Shown: piece after piece, positions 43,762-52,690 of the stretch
Numbering within the stretch: the first letter of the stretch is position 1
How the letters are laid out: each line of letters begins with the position of its first letter
DNA from: Escherichia phage VEc33
Sequence record: NC_048818.1
Direction: 5' to 3' (one strand)
Length of the DNA: 64,000 nt
The notes under the pieces: model-generated
What the model was told of the DNA's origin: nothing
The model's input: the letters and a program-made list of their open reading frames with translations, nothing else
Databases searched by the model: none
Position numbers and translations under genes: made by a program

Positions 43762-44527
43762 GTCTTGGGGCGAAACTACTGGCGGTTCTAACGATAAAAT
43801 CGAATTCCTGAAGTTCAACAACGGTATCACTCGTGTTCGTATCGTTTCTGGTGTTCTTCCACGTTATGTCTATTGGCTGACTAATAAAGAGGGTAGCGTA
43901 GCTCCTTTCGAATGTCTTCGTTTCAACCGTGACAAAGAGAGCTTTGTTCGTGGTAAAGCTGATCCGGTTCATGAGATGGGCTTCTTTGAGAAAGAGCTGG
44001 ATAAAGATGGTAATCGCGTTCCGCTGAAACCGAAGAAAAACTATATCGCTTTTGTTATCGACCGTTCTGATAACAAACTGAAAGTAATGGAAGTCAAAGC
44101 TACTATTCTGAAAGGCATCCAATCTATTATGAAGCAGTTGAATCTGGCAACTCCATTTGATATTGATATTTCTATCGAGAAAAAAGGCAAAGGTTTCGAT
44201 ACTGAGTATGATGTACAGCAGATTGCTGCTATGCAGTTCCAGATTAAGCTGCAAGATCCTAACAGTGCAGAATCTAAGCAATATGCTGCGGATGTAGATC
44301 TGATTGGTGAAGCTATGTGTGATGAAGATGGCGACATCATTAAGTTCGAAAAAGTTCCTTCTCTGGAACAAACCTATCCGGTTCCTACCTATGAAGAGCA
44401 GAAAGAAGCAATTCTAGCCTTCATGGAAGGTCGTGAGAATAAAGATGATGATGCCAAATCTGGTAATAGCAATGCAGGTTCCCAGAAAGGTATTGACTCA
44501 GAAGCTGCAAGCGATCTGGACGACTAA
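43754..44527 (+). CDS. hypothetical protein with acidic C-terminal tail (possible ssDNA-binding protein)
   Basis: 257 aa; high-expression codon usage; C-terminus ...DSEAASDLDD; followed by terminator. Confidence 0.45.
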   Translation: MAKSWGETTGGSNDKIEFLKFNNGITRVRIVSGVLPRYVYWLTNKEGSVAPFECLRFNRDKESFVRGKADPVHEMGFFEKELDKDGNRVPLKPKKNYIAFVIDRSDNKLKVMEVKATILKGIQSIMKQLNLATPFDIDISIEKKGKGFDTEYDVQQIAAMQFQIKLQDPNSAESKQYAADVDLIGEAMCDEDGDIIKFEKVPSLEQTYPVPTYEEQKEAILAFMEGRENKDDDAKSGNSNAGSQKGIDSEAASDLDD

Positions 44528-44532
44528 TAAAT

Positions 44533-44558
44533 AGAGGGGCTTCGGCCCCTTTCTTTTT
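44533..44558 (+). terminator. rho-independent terminator
   Basis: GAGGGGC-TTCG-GCCCCT followed by TTCTTTTT. Confidence 0.65.
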
Positions 44559-44563
44559 AACCA

Positions 44564-45541
44564 ATGAGAATATTATTTAGTGCTGATCATCATATCAAAC
44601 TAGGACAAGATAAAGTTCCAAAGGAATGGCAGAAGCGTCGTTTCCTGATGCTAGGAGAACGGTTAAATGATATATTCCATAATCATAACTGTGATCTTCA
44701 TATTGCTGGTGGTGATATTCTTGATGTTGCCGACCCGTCGTCAGAAGAAATAGAACTGCTTGAACAGTTCATGTCAAGACTTGACCACCCAGGTAAAATC
44801 TTTACTGGAAATCATGAAATGTTAACTAAAACGATTTCATGTCTATATCATTATGCAGGAGTTATTAATAAGGTAACGAGTGGTAAGTGGGAAGTAATTA
44901 CCAAACCATATCGTTCCCCTGAATTTGATATTGTTCCGTATGATGAGATCCATAAATCCAAATGGAAACCGTCTGAATCAAAACTATGTTTCACGCATGT
45001 TCGTGGTGAAATCCCTCCACATGTAAAACCAGAAATTGATCTAACTAAGTATAACTGTTATGATACTGTAATTGCTGGCGATTTACATTCTTATACTAAT
45101 AGCCAGACTATCGGATCTACTAGACTTCTCTACCCAGGGTCTCCATTAACTACATCGTTCCATAGAGAACGCACAAAAGGTACAAATGGTTGCTTTATCG
45201 TTGATACCGACACATTAAAAGTAGAATGGATTGAACTAGGTGATTTACCACAACTGATTCGTAAAACAATCGGAGCCGGTGAAGAGATGGAACCTAGTGA
45301 TTATGATCGTGTAGTCTATGAAGTTACTGGTGACGTTGTTCAATTAAAGTCTATCAAAGACTCTGATTTATTAGATAAGAAGATTAACCATCGAGTTACT
45401 AAAGACGCTAAGTTAAATCTTGTTGATCTTGATATGTTAGGTGAACTTGAACTTTACTTCCGTGAAGTCGAGAAGCTATCTCAAGGCGACATTGATAGAA
45501 TCTTGGCTAGAGCTGCGAAATATGTCAAAGATTACAATTAA
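44564..45541 (+). CDS. SbcD/Mre11-like nuclease subunit (D12-like)
   Basis: 325 aa; calcineurin-like phosphoesterase motifs ADHH, GDILD, GNHE. Confidence 0.8.
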   Translation: MRILFSADHHIKLGQDKVPKEWQKRRFLMLGERLNDIFHNHNCDLHIAGGDILDVADPSSEEIELLEQFMSRLDHPGKIFTGNHEMLTKTISCLYHYAGVINKVTSGKWEVITKPYRSPEFDIVPYDEIHKSKWKPSESKLCFTHVRGEIPPHVKPEIDLTKYNCYDTVIAGDLHSYTNSQTIGSTRLLYPGSPLTTSFHRERTKGTNGCFIVDTDTLKVEWIELGDLPQLIRKTIGAGEEMEPSDYDRVVYEVTGDVVQLKSIKDSDLLDKKINHRVTKDAKLNLVDLDMLGELELYFREVEKLSQGDIDRILARAAKYVKDYN

Positions 45542-47360
45542 GACACTAAAATTTAGTAACGTTATGTCTTACGGTAAGGACATCGTAATTCATTTCGATA
45601 AGAATCCAGTTACTCAACTAATTGGTGGCAATGGGCTAGGGAAATCCACCATCGCTACGGTTATCGAGGAATTGTTTTATAACAAGAACTCACGTGGTAT
45701 TAAGAAGGATGCTCTGTTCTCCTGGTCTACTCCGAAAAAAGAGTATGATATGCACGCTTACTTCTCAAAAGATGAAGATGAGTATGAATTGCATAAAGTA
45801 GTTAAATCCACTGCTAAAGTAACCCTTATTAAGAATGGAGAGGATATTAGTGGACACACGGCAACCCAAACATACAAGATGATTGAAGAGATTATGGGTG
45901 GTGACTTCCAAACATTCACCAAACTGATCTATCAATCGGTGGGTTCCAATCTAGATTTTCTAAAGGCAACGGATGCAACACGTAAGGCTTTTCTTGTTAA
46001 CTTGTTCAATCAAGAACAGTACAAAGAAATGTCAGAAACTATTAAGGCTGATCGTAAAGAAATAGCAAATACCTTAAATAATTTGCAGGGCCAAATGGCT
46101 GTAATTACGAAAATTCTTAATGGAAAGAATAATCTGGGAACTTTGCAGGAACCTGTAGAAGTACCGGAGTTTGATGAAGAGCCATTAGCACAAGAACTTA
46201 CTGAATCGAAAATTAAGGCGGCATTAGCCAAGTCTCAAGAGGCTAATATTACTAAATTGCGTAATTTGGACAAAGCTGTACAAGTTGCCGAACAATCTTT
46301 CGAACCTTTCAAAAATTTACCCGCGCCCACCGACCAAAATGAAGAGATCTCGAGTGTTACGCGTGACCTAACGATTGTGACCTCACGTGCGGGCGAAGTT
46401 AAGAAACGTTATCAGAAGTTCAAGCAAGAGGCTTCAAATACTGAATGTCCTACTTGTGGTACTCATCTGGATACAACTGCTGCTCAAAAAGCAATGGATA
46501 TGGCTAGAGTAGAATATGATCCTCTGTTCAAAGAGAAGCAATCTCTTGAAGCTAAGCTAGAACAGTTGAAGAAAGAACAACTTGAGTACGTTGCGTATAC
46601 TAGAGCAAAGGATGCTTTGGATAAAGCAGTGGTAGCTAGAGACGAGTTCAAAAATTCAATGAGTGATGCTTCTTTTGAAGAACTCAATGTGCAAATCCTA
46701 CAGGTGCAAATCCGACAATTAGAACAGGAAATCGCTGATGGCCGTTCTAAGGTTGCAATTGCCAAAGAGCATAATGCAAATGTCGAATTAGCCAATGCAA
46801 AATATAAAGCAAAGCTAGAACAGATTGAGAAAGCAGAAGCAGAAATGACTGAGATTACTTCCAAACTGGATGGAGTATCAGAAGCTGTTGCTGATCTCGA
46901 TATTCTAATTGCTGCATTGAAAAATCTGGTTGGATATAAACTAGAGCATAGTGTGAAAGTATTTGAAGAGCTAATTAATAAATATCTTTCTATTATGACT
47001 GGTGGTAAATTCGCACTTGGATTTGAACTAGATGAAACTAAATTACAAGTAGTAATCTTCAATGATGGAAACCGTACCAGTATGGAAAACTGCTCTACTG
47101 GTCAGCAAAGTCGAATTAATCTAGCAACCCTGTTAGCTATTCGGATGCTGTTAACATCTATTAGTAAAGTTAATATTAATCTTCTATTCCTTGATGAAGT
47201 AATTAGCTTTATTGATACGAAGGGACTTGATACTCTCGTTGAGCTATTAAATGAGGAAGAAAGTCTAAATTCTATCATTGTTTCTCATGGGCATACGCAT
47301 CCATTAGCTCATAAGATTACTGTCAAAAAAGATGCAGAAGGATTTTCCTACTTAGAATAA
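45522..47360 (+). CDS. SbcC/Rad50-like ATPase subunit (D13-like)
   Basis: 612 aa from ATG 45522 (20-nt overlap with SbcD gene); Walker A GGNGLGKST, coiled-coil with CPTCG zinc hook, Walker B LLFLDEV. Confidence 0.8.
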   Translation: MSKITIKTLKFSNVMSYGKDIVIHFDKNPVTQLIGGNGLGKSTIATVIEELFYNKNSRGIKKDALFSWSTPKKEYDMHAYFSKDEDEYELHKVVKSTAKVTLIKNGEDISGHTATQTYKMIEEIMGGDFQTFTKLIYQSVGSNLDFLKATDATRKAFLVNLFNQEQYKEMSETIKADRKEIANTLNNLQGQMAVITKILNGKNNLGTLQEPVEVPEFDEEPLAQELTESKIKAALAKSQEANITKLRNLDKAVQVAEQSFEPFKNLPAPTDQNEEISSVTRDLTIVTSRAGEVKKRYQKFKQEASNTECPTCGTHLDTTAAQKAMDMARVEYDPLFKEKQSLEAKLEQLKKEQLEYVAYTRAKDALDKAVVARDEFKNSMSDASFEELNVQILQVQIRQLEQEIADGRSKVAIAKEHNANVELANAKYKAKLEQIEKAEAEMTEITSKLDGVSEAVADLDILIAALKNLVGYKLEHSVKVFEELINKYLSIMTGGKFALGFELDETKLQVVIFNDGNRTSMENCSTGQQSRINLATLLAIRMLLTSISKVNINLLFLDEVISFIDTKGLDTLVELLNEEESLNSIIVSHGHTHPLAHKITVKKDAEGFSYLE

Positions 47361-47363
47361 AAC

Positions 47364-47846
47364 ATGGCTGTAGATAGTAGAGAGAAAGGTAAACGTGGTG
47401 AATATCAGGTAAGAGATATTCTACGTGAGCGTACAGGTCTTGAGTGGGAACGTGTTCCAGGCTCTGGTGCTTTTGGCCAGAGTCATGGACTAAAGGGTGA
47501 TATCTACCTTCCCCCACAAAGTGGACATATTAGTAAATACTGCTTCGAAGTTAAGTGGTATAAAGATGATAATATTTCAAGCAATTTATTTAATGTTGGT
47601 GAATCCACTCTAGAGAAATGGTGGCAGCAATGCTCGCGTGAAGGTGAGCAAATGAACTCTAAACCAGCATTAATATTCAAAAAAGACAGAGGACAGTGGC
47701 TAATTGCTTTAGATAGTTCTGACCCAATGGTGGATAACCTAATGAGTCGTACACATATGGTGTTAAATAAGAAAGATATGGAAATTGTAATAGGGTTGTT
47801 TGAGCCGTGGCTACATCATGCATCTGTTGAGGACTTAATTAAATAA
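47364..47846 (+). CDS. D14-like protein (putative nuclease)
   Basis: 160 aa, conserved position between the SbcC-like and flap endonuclease genes. Confidence 0.45.
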   Translation: MAVDSREKGKRGEYQVRDILRERTGLEWERVPGSGAFGQSHGLKGDIYLPPQSGHISKYCFEVKWYKDDNISSNLFNVGESTLEKWWQQCSREGEQMNSKPALIFKKDRGQWLIALDSSDPMVDNLMSRTHMVLNKKDMEIVIGLFEPWLHHASVEDLIK

Positions 47847-48721
47847 TGAGCAAATCCTGGGGAAAATTTATTGAAGAGGAAGAGGCTGAAATGGCCTCTC
47901 GTCGTAATCTAATGATCGTTGACGGAACTAACTTAGGTTTTCGATTCAAACATAATAATAGTAAGAAACCCTTTGCCTCAAGTTATGTTTCAACTATTCA
48001 ATCTCTGGCAAAATCCTACTCCGCAAGAACTACGATTGTTTTAGGCGATAAAGGTAAATCTGTATTTCGTCTAGAACATCTACCAGAGTATAAAGGTAAT
48101 CGTGATGAAAAATACTCACAACGTACAGAGGAAGAGAAAGCACTGGATGGACAGTTCTTTGAGTACCTGCGTGATGCTTTCGAGTTGTGTGAAACTACAT
48201 TCCCAACTTTCACTATTCGTGGTGTAGAAGCAGATGATATGGCGGCTTATATTGTTAAACTCATTGGGCATCTATATGATCATGTTTGGTTAATCTCTAC
48301 AGATGGTGACTGGGATACTTTATTAACAGATAAAGTTTCTCGTTTTTCTTTCACAACACGTCGTGAATACCATCTTCGTGATATGTATGAGCATCATAAT
48401 GTTGACGATGTAGAGCAGTTTATCTCTCTAAAAGCAATTATGGGTGATTTAGGGGATAATATCCGTGGTGTTGAAGGTATTGGGGCAAAACGCGGGTATA
48501 ACATTATTCGTGAATTCGGTAACGTTCTGGATATTATTGATCAGCTTCCACTACCTGGAAAACAGAAATATATACAGAATTTAAATGCTTCGGAAGAATT
48601 GCTTTACCGAAACCTAATTCTGGTTGATTTACCTACCTACTGTGTAGACGCTATTGCTGCGGTAGGTCAAGACGTATTAGATAAGTTTACAAAAGATATT
48701 TTGGAGATTGCAGAACAATGA
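47846..48721 (+). CDS. 5'-3' exonuclease / flap endonuclease (T5 D15-type)
   Basis: 291 aa; N-terminus MSKSWGKFIEEEEAEMASRRNLMIVDGTNLGFRF; conserved acidic residues (VEADDMAAY, LISTDGD, GDLGDNIRGVEGIGAK). Confidence 0.9.
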   Translation: MSKSWGKFIEEEEAEMASRRNLMIVDGTNLGFRFKHNNSKKPFASSYVSTIQSLAKSYSARTTIVLGDKGKSVFRLEHLPEYKGNRDEKYSQRTEEEKALDGQFFEYLRDAFELCETTFPTFTIRGVEADDMAAYIVKLIGHLYDHVWLISTDGDWDTLLTDKVSRFSFTTRREYHLRDMYEHHNVDDVEQFISLKAIMGDLGDNIRGVEGIGAKRGYNIIREFGNVLDIIDQLPLPGKQKYIQNLNASEELLYRNLILVDLPTYCVDAIAAVGQDVLDKFTKDILEIAEQ

Positions 48722-49164
48722 TTAAAATTAAATTAACTCATCCAGATTGTATGCCTAAGATTGGTTCCGAAGATGCCGCAGGTATGGATCTACGAGCATT
48801 CTTTGGTACTAATCCTGCCGCAGACTTACGCGCTATTGCACCAGGCAAATCCCTAATGATTGACACCGGTGTCGCGGTAGAAATTCCGCGAGGTTGGTTT
48901 GGTTTGGTGGTTCCTCGTAGTTCTTTAGGAAAGCGTCATCTGATGATTGCAAACACCGCAGGAGTGATCGACTCAGATTATCGTGGCACTATTAAGATGA
49001 ACCTCTATAATTACGGTTCTGAAATGCAAACTCTGGAGAATTTCGAGAGACTTTGTCAACTAGTGGTACTCCCACATTATTCAACCCATAACTTTAAAAT
49101 CGTTGACGAACTAGAGGAGACTATTCGTGGAGAAGGTGGATTTGGAAGCTCAGGAAGCAAGTAA
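48718..49164 (+). CDS. dut: dUTPase
   Basis: 148 aa; dUTPase motifs DAAGMDLRA, VVPRSSLG, IANTAGVIDSDYRG. Confidence 0.9.
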   Translation: MIKIKLTHPDCMPKIGSEDAAGMDLRAFFGTNPAADLRAIAPGKSLMIDTGVAVEIPRGWFGLVVPRSSLGKRHLMIANTAGVIDSDYRGTIKMNLYNYGSEMQTLENFERLCQLVVLPHYSTHNFKIVDELEETIRGEGGFGSSGSK

Positions 49165-49180
49165 TTTTGTTCATCATAAT

Positions 49181-49384
49181 ATGGTAGGTATTGATACTAA
49201 TATGTCAACTTATCAGATTAAAACTACTGAACCAGAAAAGATTGTATTAAAAATAGATAAAGAAGGTAACGTTATTTTCTGGGATCCTGAAGGTTTTGTA
49301 GAGCTTTGTACTAATACAGATAATGAGCAGTTAAAATTACTATTAATTATTTATAATCTTGGTATTATAGAAGGCAGTAAATAA
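49181..49384 (+). CDS. hypothetical small protein (start uncertain)
   Basis: ORF 49127-49384 overlaps dut; internal ATG 49181 chosen; no clear RBS. Confidence 0.3.
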   Translation: MVGIDTNMSTYQIKTTEPEKIVLKIDKEGNVIFWDPEGFVELCTNTDNEQLKLLLIIYNLGIIEGSK

Positions 49385-49387
49385 ATA

Positions 49388-49428
49388 GTAAAACCCCAGT
49401 GGATTTTGTCCACTGGGGTTTCTTTTTA
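49388..49428. terminator. bidirectional rho-independent terminator at the convergence of early (plus) and late (minus) transcription
   Basis: AACCCCAGTGG-ATTTTGT-CCACTGGGGTT flanked by A-run and T-run. Confidence 0.7.
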
Positions 49429-49439
49429 CTATGTATACA

Positions 49440-52262
49440 TTATGAGTTATTTGGCTTAATGAGCTCGCTCACAAGTTTTTTCAGTTCAGTTAATTCTTGC
49501 TCAAGTTTGTTAACTTTGTCAGCTTGATAACGAAATGCACAAGCTAAATCAGCCATAATTACGTTATTATCAAGAGCTAATGTATCGTCCGCTTTATCAA
49601 CAACAATTTGACGGTCTACATATTCTTCACCTTCTTCATTAACACCTATAACGTCTGCAAAGATGTCCCCGCCAGGAATTAATTTTACATATTCCGGGTC
49701 TATTTTTAGTAGGTCTTGGGCTATTAAACCAAATCGCTGGATGTTGCTTCCATTGTACTTAAACATTGTAGGCAGCCACTGCATAACGCGATCATAGCTT
49801 TCTTTTCCATCTGTATAGATGATATCGTGCTTTAAATCTCTGTCAGAGTTAGCGGCCTTTTGAAAAATGAAATTTCCACTTGATGACCATGTAGTTATAT
49901 CATTTGATGCTGGCTGGAACTGGAAGTTACAGAAAAAATTACCATCACCACGAAGCCTTAACGAGCAAAAAGGCCATGCATTATTTCCCTGTGGAATAAG
50001 ACCCCAAGTTGCGCGAATAGGATAGCCACCGGTGGACTGGGTTCCCCATGAAAGACCCGGTGCCCAACCACCGTCATTGTTAGCAATAATCTCACCCCAA
50101 ACAAGAGCATTACCCCAATAGTTAGGATCGTCCCAGCCCATCTGTTGTGTCTTCCCTGTGTATTGGGCAGAATGCGTTCTGCCGTCCGGGTAAAACTTGT
50201 GCATATAGGCCTGTATCCCTGCTTGATACAATTCTATTCCAAAAGATTCAACGTGTGTATCGCCTCTTCTGATTAAACCAGCGATAGCGTAATCGTCATA
50301 CCAGTTGTAACGACTTACACCAGTCCATGTGTTGATTGGTGGATTCATAATTGAAAACAATTGCGACGCATTTCGCTCATTTCCGTCTACATAAATACCA
50401 GCCCCAGGAGCTAAGGAAATACTTTTCGCTCCTGAAAAAGTACCATTTTCATTAAACTGATAATAGTGAGACAAGTTATTATGAAATACACCTATAGTAT
50501 GTTTTCCTACGCCAAGTTGAGTTTCAAAGTAAGACTGAGAAGAACCAATATCCTCGCCTTGTGTATTCTTTAATTTTGAATGGTATATACCTGCGTTTGC
50601 AGTAGTTGCATTTTCAGTTTCATTTTCAACAGTAAGACTTAGGAACTTTGGCGCATGTTTTTCCCCGAGTCCTATATTATTTCTAATACCATTCGCATCC
50701 TTAGCACCCGTACCACCAAATTGAATACCTAGGGGTAGCCATTGCTCGGTTGTAGCATCATAAACGCCCCAATGATCCCCACCATCTGGAATGGTTAGAT
50801 ACTTGTTTTTATTTGGGGAATATAAAACTGTTTCACCAGAATTCTGAAACAGCCTATCAACTCCTAAATTATATCTAGCACCTTCAAGTGTATCCGCTCC
50901 AGTACCACCAGCAATAATTGATAATGGAAGAGATTCCCATGAGATACCATCACCATTTATGTTTTTCTGGAGTACAATAAGCCCATCATCTCTCATAACA
51001 AATCTATATAATCTATTATGCGAGTATAAAAAAGTATGAGCCCCATCCTGCACAAGTGAGTCTATAAGGAGCGTCTGACGAGAAGCATTAATATCCGACA
51101 GATCTGAAAGATTATTTTCTTTTAGTAACGATTTACCAATAATACCTTCAGCTTTTCCAGCAGCCACTTCTGCACGTCCAGCGTCGGTAGATGCGCTTTG
51201 TGCGCTACTAGCAGCATTACTAGCTTGTTGCCCAGCCTCAACAGCACTGTTACCCGCTTGTGTAGCGGAAATAGCAGCGGCGTCTTTTAGCACGGTAGTT
51301 TCGGACACAGCGGCATCCTTAATTGCTTGCGTCTCGCTTACTGCACTATCCTTAATAGTCTGTGTATCAGACTTTAATTTTTCAACATCTGCTTTTAAAG
51401 CTGTTGTTTCACCTACAGCGCTATCTTTAATTAGTTGAGTATCTGATTTTAGTTGCTCAACATCTGATTTTAAGCCTTGAATAGTGGTTACTGACTGACT
51501 AGCTGAGGTTGCAGAACTAGCTGCGTTAGTCTCACTATCTTTGGCTTTAGTCTCACTAGTTTTAGCATTTGTTTCACTAGTTTTAGCATTTGTTTCACTA
51601 GTTTTAGCATTTGTTTCAGAGGTTTTTGCAGCAGACGCTGATGTAGCAGCTTGTGTAGAGAATGTTTCCGCCTCATTCCTAAAACCACTGGAATCCGCAG
51701 CGGAAGCGGCAGCATTAGTCTCACTGATTTTTGCTTTATCTTCACTAATTTTTGCAGCAGCAGCAGATGCAGCAGCATTAGTCTCACTGATTTTTGCTTT
51801 ATCTTCACTAGCCTTTGCATTAATTTCGCTAGTTTTAGCTTTATCTTCACTAGCCTTTGCATTAATTTCGCTAGTTTTAGCTTTATCTTCACTAGTCTTT
51901 GCATTAGTTTCGGATATTTTAGCTGCTGCAGCGGATTCTGCAGATCTATCCGCTGATGCAGCAGATTGAGTAGCAGATGTAGCGGACTGAGCGGCAGAGG
52001 CTTCAGAAGCTCCAGCAGAAATAGCAGCTTCCTGTTCAGAGTTCTTAGCGTTAAGTTCTGAAGTCTTAGCAGCTATTTCAGAATCTTTTGCAGCCGCAGC
52101 AGATTTAGCAGCGGCCTCTATAGAAGATACTAACTCATTAGCAGTAATAGAGCTAATAGAATTTCCAAGAGTTACTGTGTATCTAGGAAATTTACTAGCA
52201 GTAGCTTTAGTATCATCAATATTTAATATTTGTTGTACAATAATCTTAGTAGTTATTGCCAT
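49440..52262 (-). CDS. ltf: L-shaped tail fibre protein with C-terminal intramolecular chaperone (peptidase S74-like) domain
   Basis: 940 aa; N-terminal repetitive Ala/Ser/Thr/Glu/Lys region; C-terminal DLKHDIIYTDGKESYDRVMQWLPTMFKYNGSNIQRFGLIAQDL. Confidence 0.75.
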   Translation of the reverse strand: MAITTKIIVQQILNIDDTKATASKFPRYTVTLGNSISSITANELVSSIEAAAKSAAAAKDSEIAAKTSELNAKNSEQEAAISAGASEASAAQSATSATQSAASADRSAESAAAAKISETNAKTSEDKAKTSEINAKASEDKAKTSEINAKASEDKAKISETNAAASAAAAKISEDKAKISETNAAASAADSSGFRNEAETFSTQAATSASAAKTSETNAKTSETNAKTSETNAKTSETKAKDSETNAASSATSASQSVTTIQGLKSDVEQLKSDTQLIKDSAVGETTALKADVEKLKSDTQTIKDSAVSETQAIKDAAVSETTVLKDAAAISATQAGNSAVEAGQQASNAASSAQSASTDAGRAEVAAGKAEGIIGKSLLKENNLSDLSDINASRQTLLIDSLVQDGAHTFLYSHNRLYRFVMRDDGLIVLQKNINGDGISWESLPLSIIAGGTGADTLEGARYNLGVDRLFQNSGETVLYSPNKNKYLTIPDGGDHWGVYDATTEQWLPLGIQFGGTGAKDANGIRNNIGLGEKHAPKFLSLTVENETENATTANAGIYHSKLKNTQGEDIGSSQSYFETQLGVGKHTIGVFHNNLSHYYQFNENGTFSGAKSISLAPGAGIYVDGNERNASQLFSIMNPPINTWTGVSRYNWYDDYAIAGLIRRGDTHVESFGIELYQAGIQAYMHKFYPDGRTHSAQYTGKTQQMGWDDPNYWGNALVWGEIIANNDGGWAPGLSWGTQSTGGYPIRATWGLIPQGNNAWPFCSLRLRGDGNFFCNFQFQPASNDITTWSSSGNFIFQKAANSDRDLKHDIIYTDGKESYDRVMQWLPTMFKYNGSNIQRFGLIAQDLLKIDPEYVKLIPGGDIFADVIGVNEEGEEYVDRQIVVDKADDTLALDNNVIMADLACAFRYQADKVNKLEQELTELKKLVSELIKPNNS
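51548..51910 (-). repeat. in-frame tandem DNA repeats (21-bp and about 42-bp units) inside the tail fibre gene
   Basis: TTTCACTAGTTTTAGCATTTG x3 at about 51554-51620; repeated CTTTATCTTCACTAGCCTTTGCATTAATTTCGCTAGTTTTAG units at about 51700-51900; encode (K/E)TSE(T/I)NAK repeats. Confidence 0.7.
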
Positions 52263-52684
52263 TATCTAGTTACCCCATCACTGATAAATACTTTACCCTC
52301 CATTATACGAAAAGAACTAATAGCTGATCCTATGACGTCTCGTGTCATAATTATATCATAGTATCCTGCAAAACGTTGGCGAGGGTTATACTTATCTCTC
52401 TCTTTGGTAGCTTTTTCGCCAATATTATCTACTGCCTCTACAGGTAAACTTATAGCTATAGCACCTTGAGCAGCATCAATAATTTTAGTAGTAAAAGATG
52501 CCAAAGTTTCCGCATTCTCATCAAGCCCGGCCTTTATAGTACCCCTTAGGGAATACCCTGTTAAGTTAACAGGGGTATTTGTAGGTGGATAAGTACTATC
52601 ATCAACATCTAAGAATTGCATCATTAGACCATAAGGTACTTTCTCATCTATCACTAAGTCTATAACTCTATTTTCAGTACTCAT
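52262..52684 (-). CDS. tail collar protein (T5 p132-like)
   Basis: 140 aa; conserved position between pb4-like and tail fibre genes. Confidence 0.55.
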   Translation of the reverse strand: MSTENRVIDLVIDEKVPYGLMMQFLDVDDSTYPPTNTPVNLTGYSLRGTIKAGLDENAETLASFTTKIIDAAQGAIAISLPVEAVDNIGEKATKERDKYNPRQRFAGYYDIIMTRDVIGSAISSFRIMEGKVFISDGVTR

Positions 52685-52690
52685 TATTTA

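Noticed and set aside
46484-47062. 192-aa Ser-rich ORF antisense to the SbcC-like gene
   Set aside because: It is the antisense frame of a strongly supported coding region (Walker motifs, coiled-coil) and is an artefact of codon bias.
51548-51910. Possible CRISPR array
   Set aside because: The repeats are contiguous, in-frame and coding, with no spacers; no CRISPR repeat-spacer structure exists anywhere in the window.
51488-51969. ORFs 51488-51904 (-), 51541-51969 (+) and 51651-51956 (+) in the tail fibre repeat region
   Set aside because: These are repeat-driven alternative frames with repetitive nonsense translations; the tail fibre frame accounts for the region.
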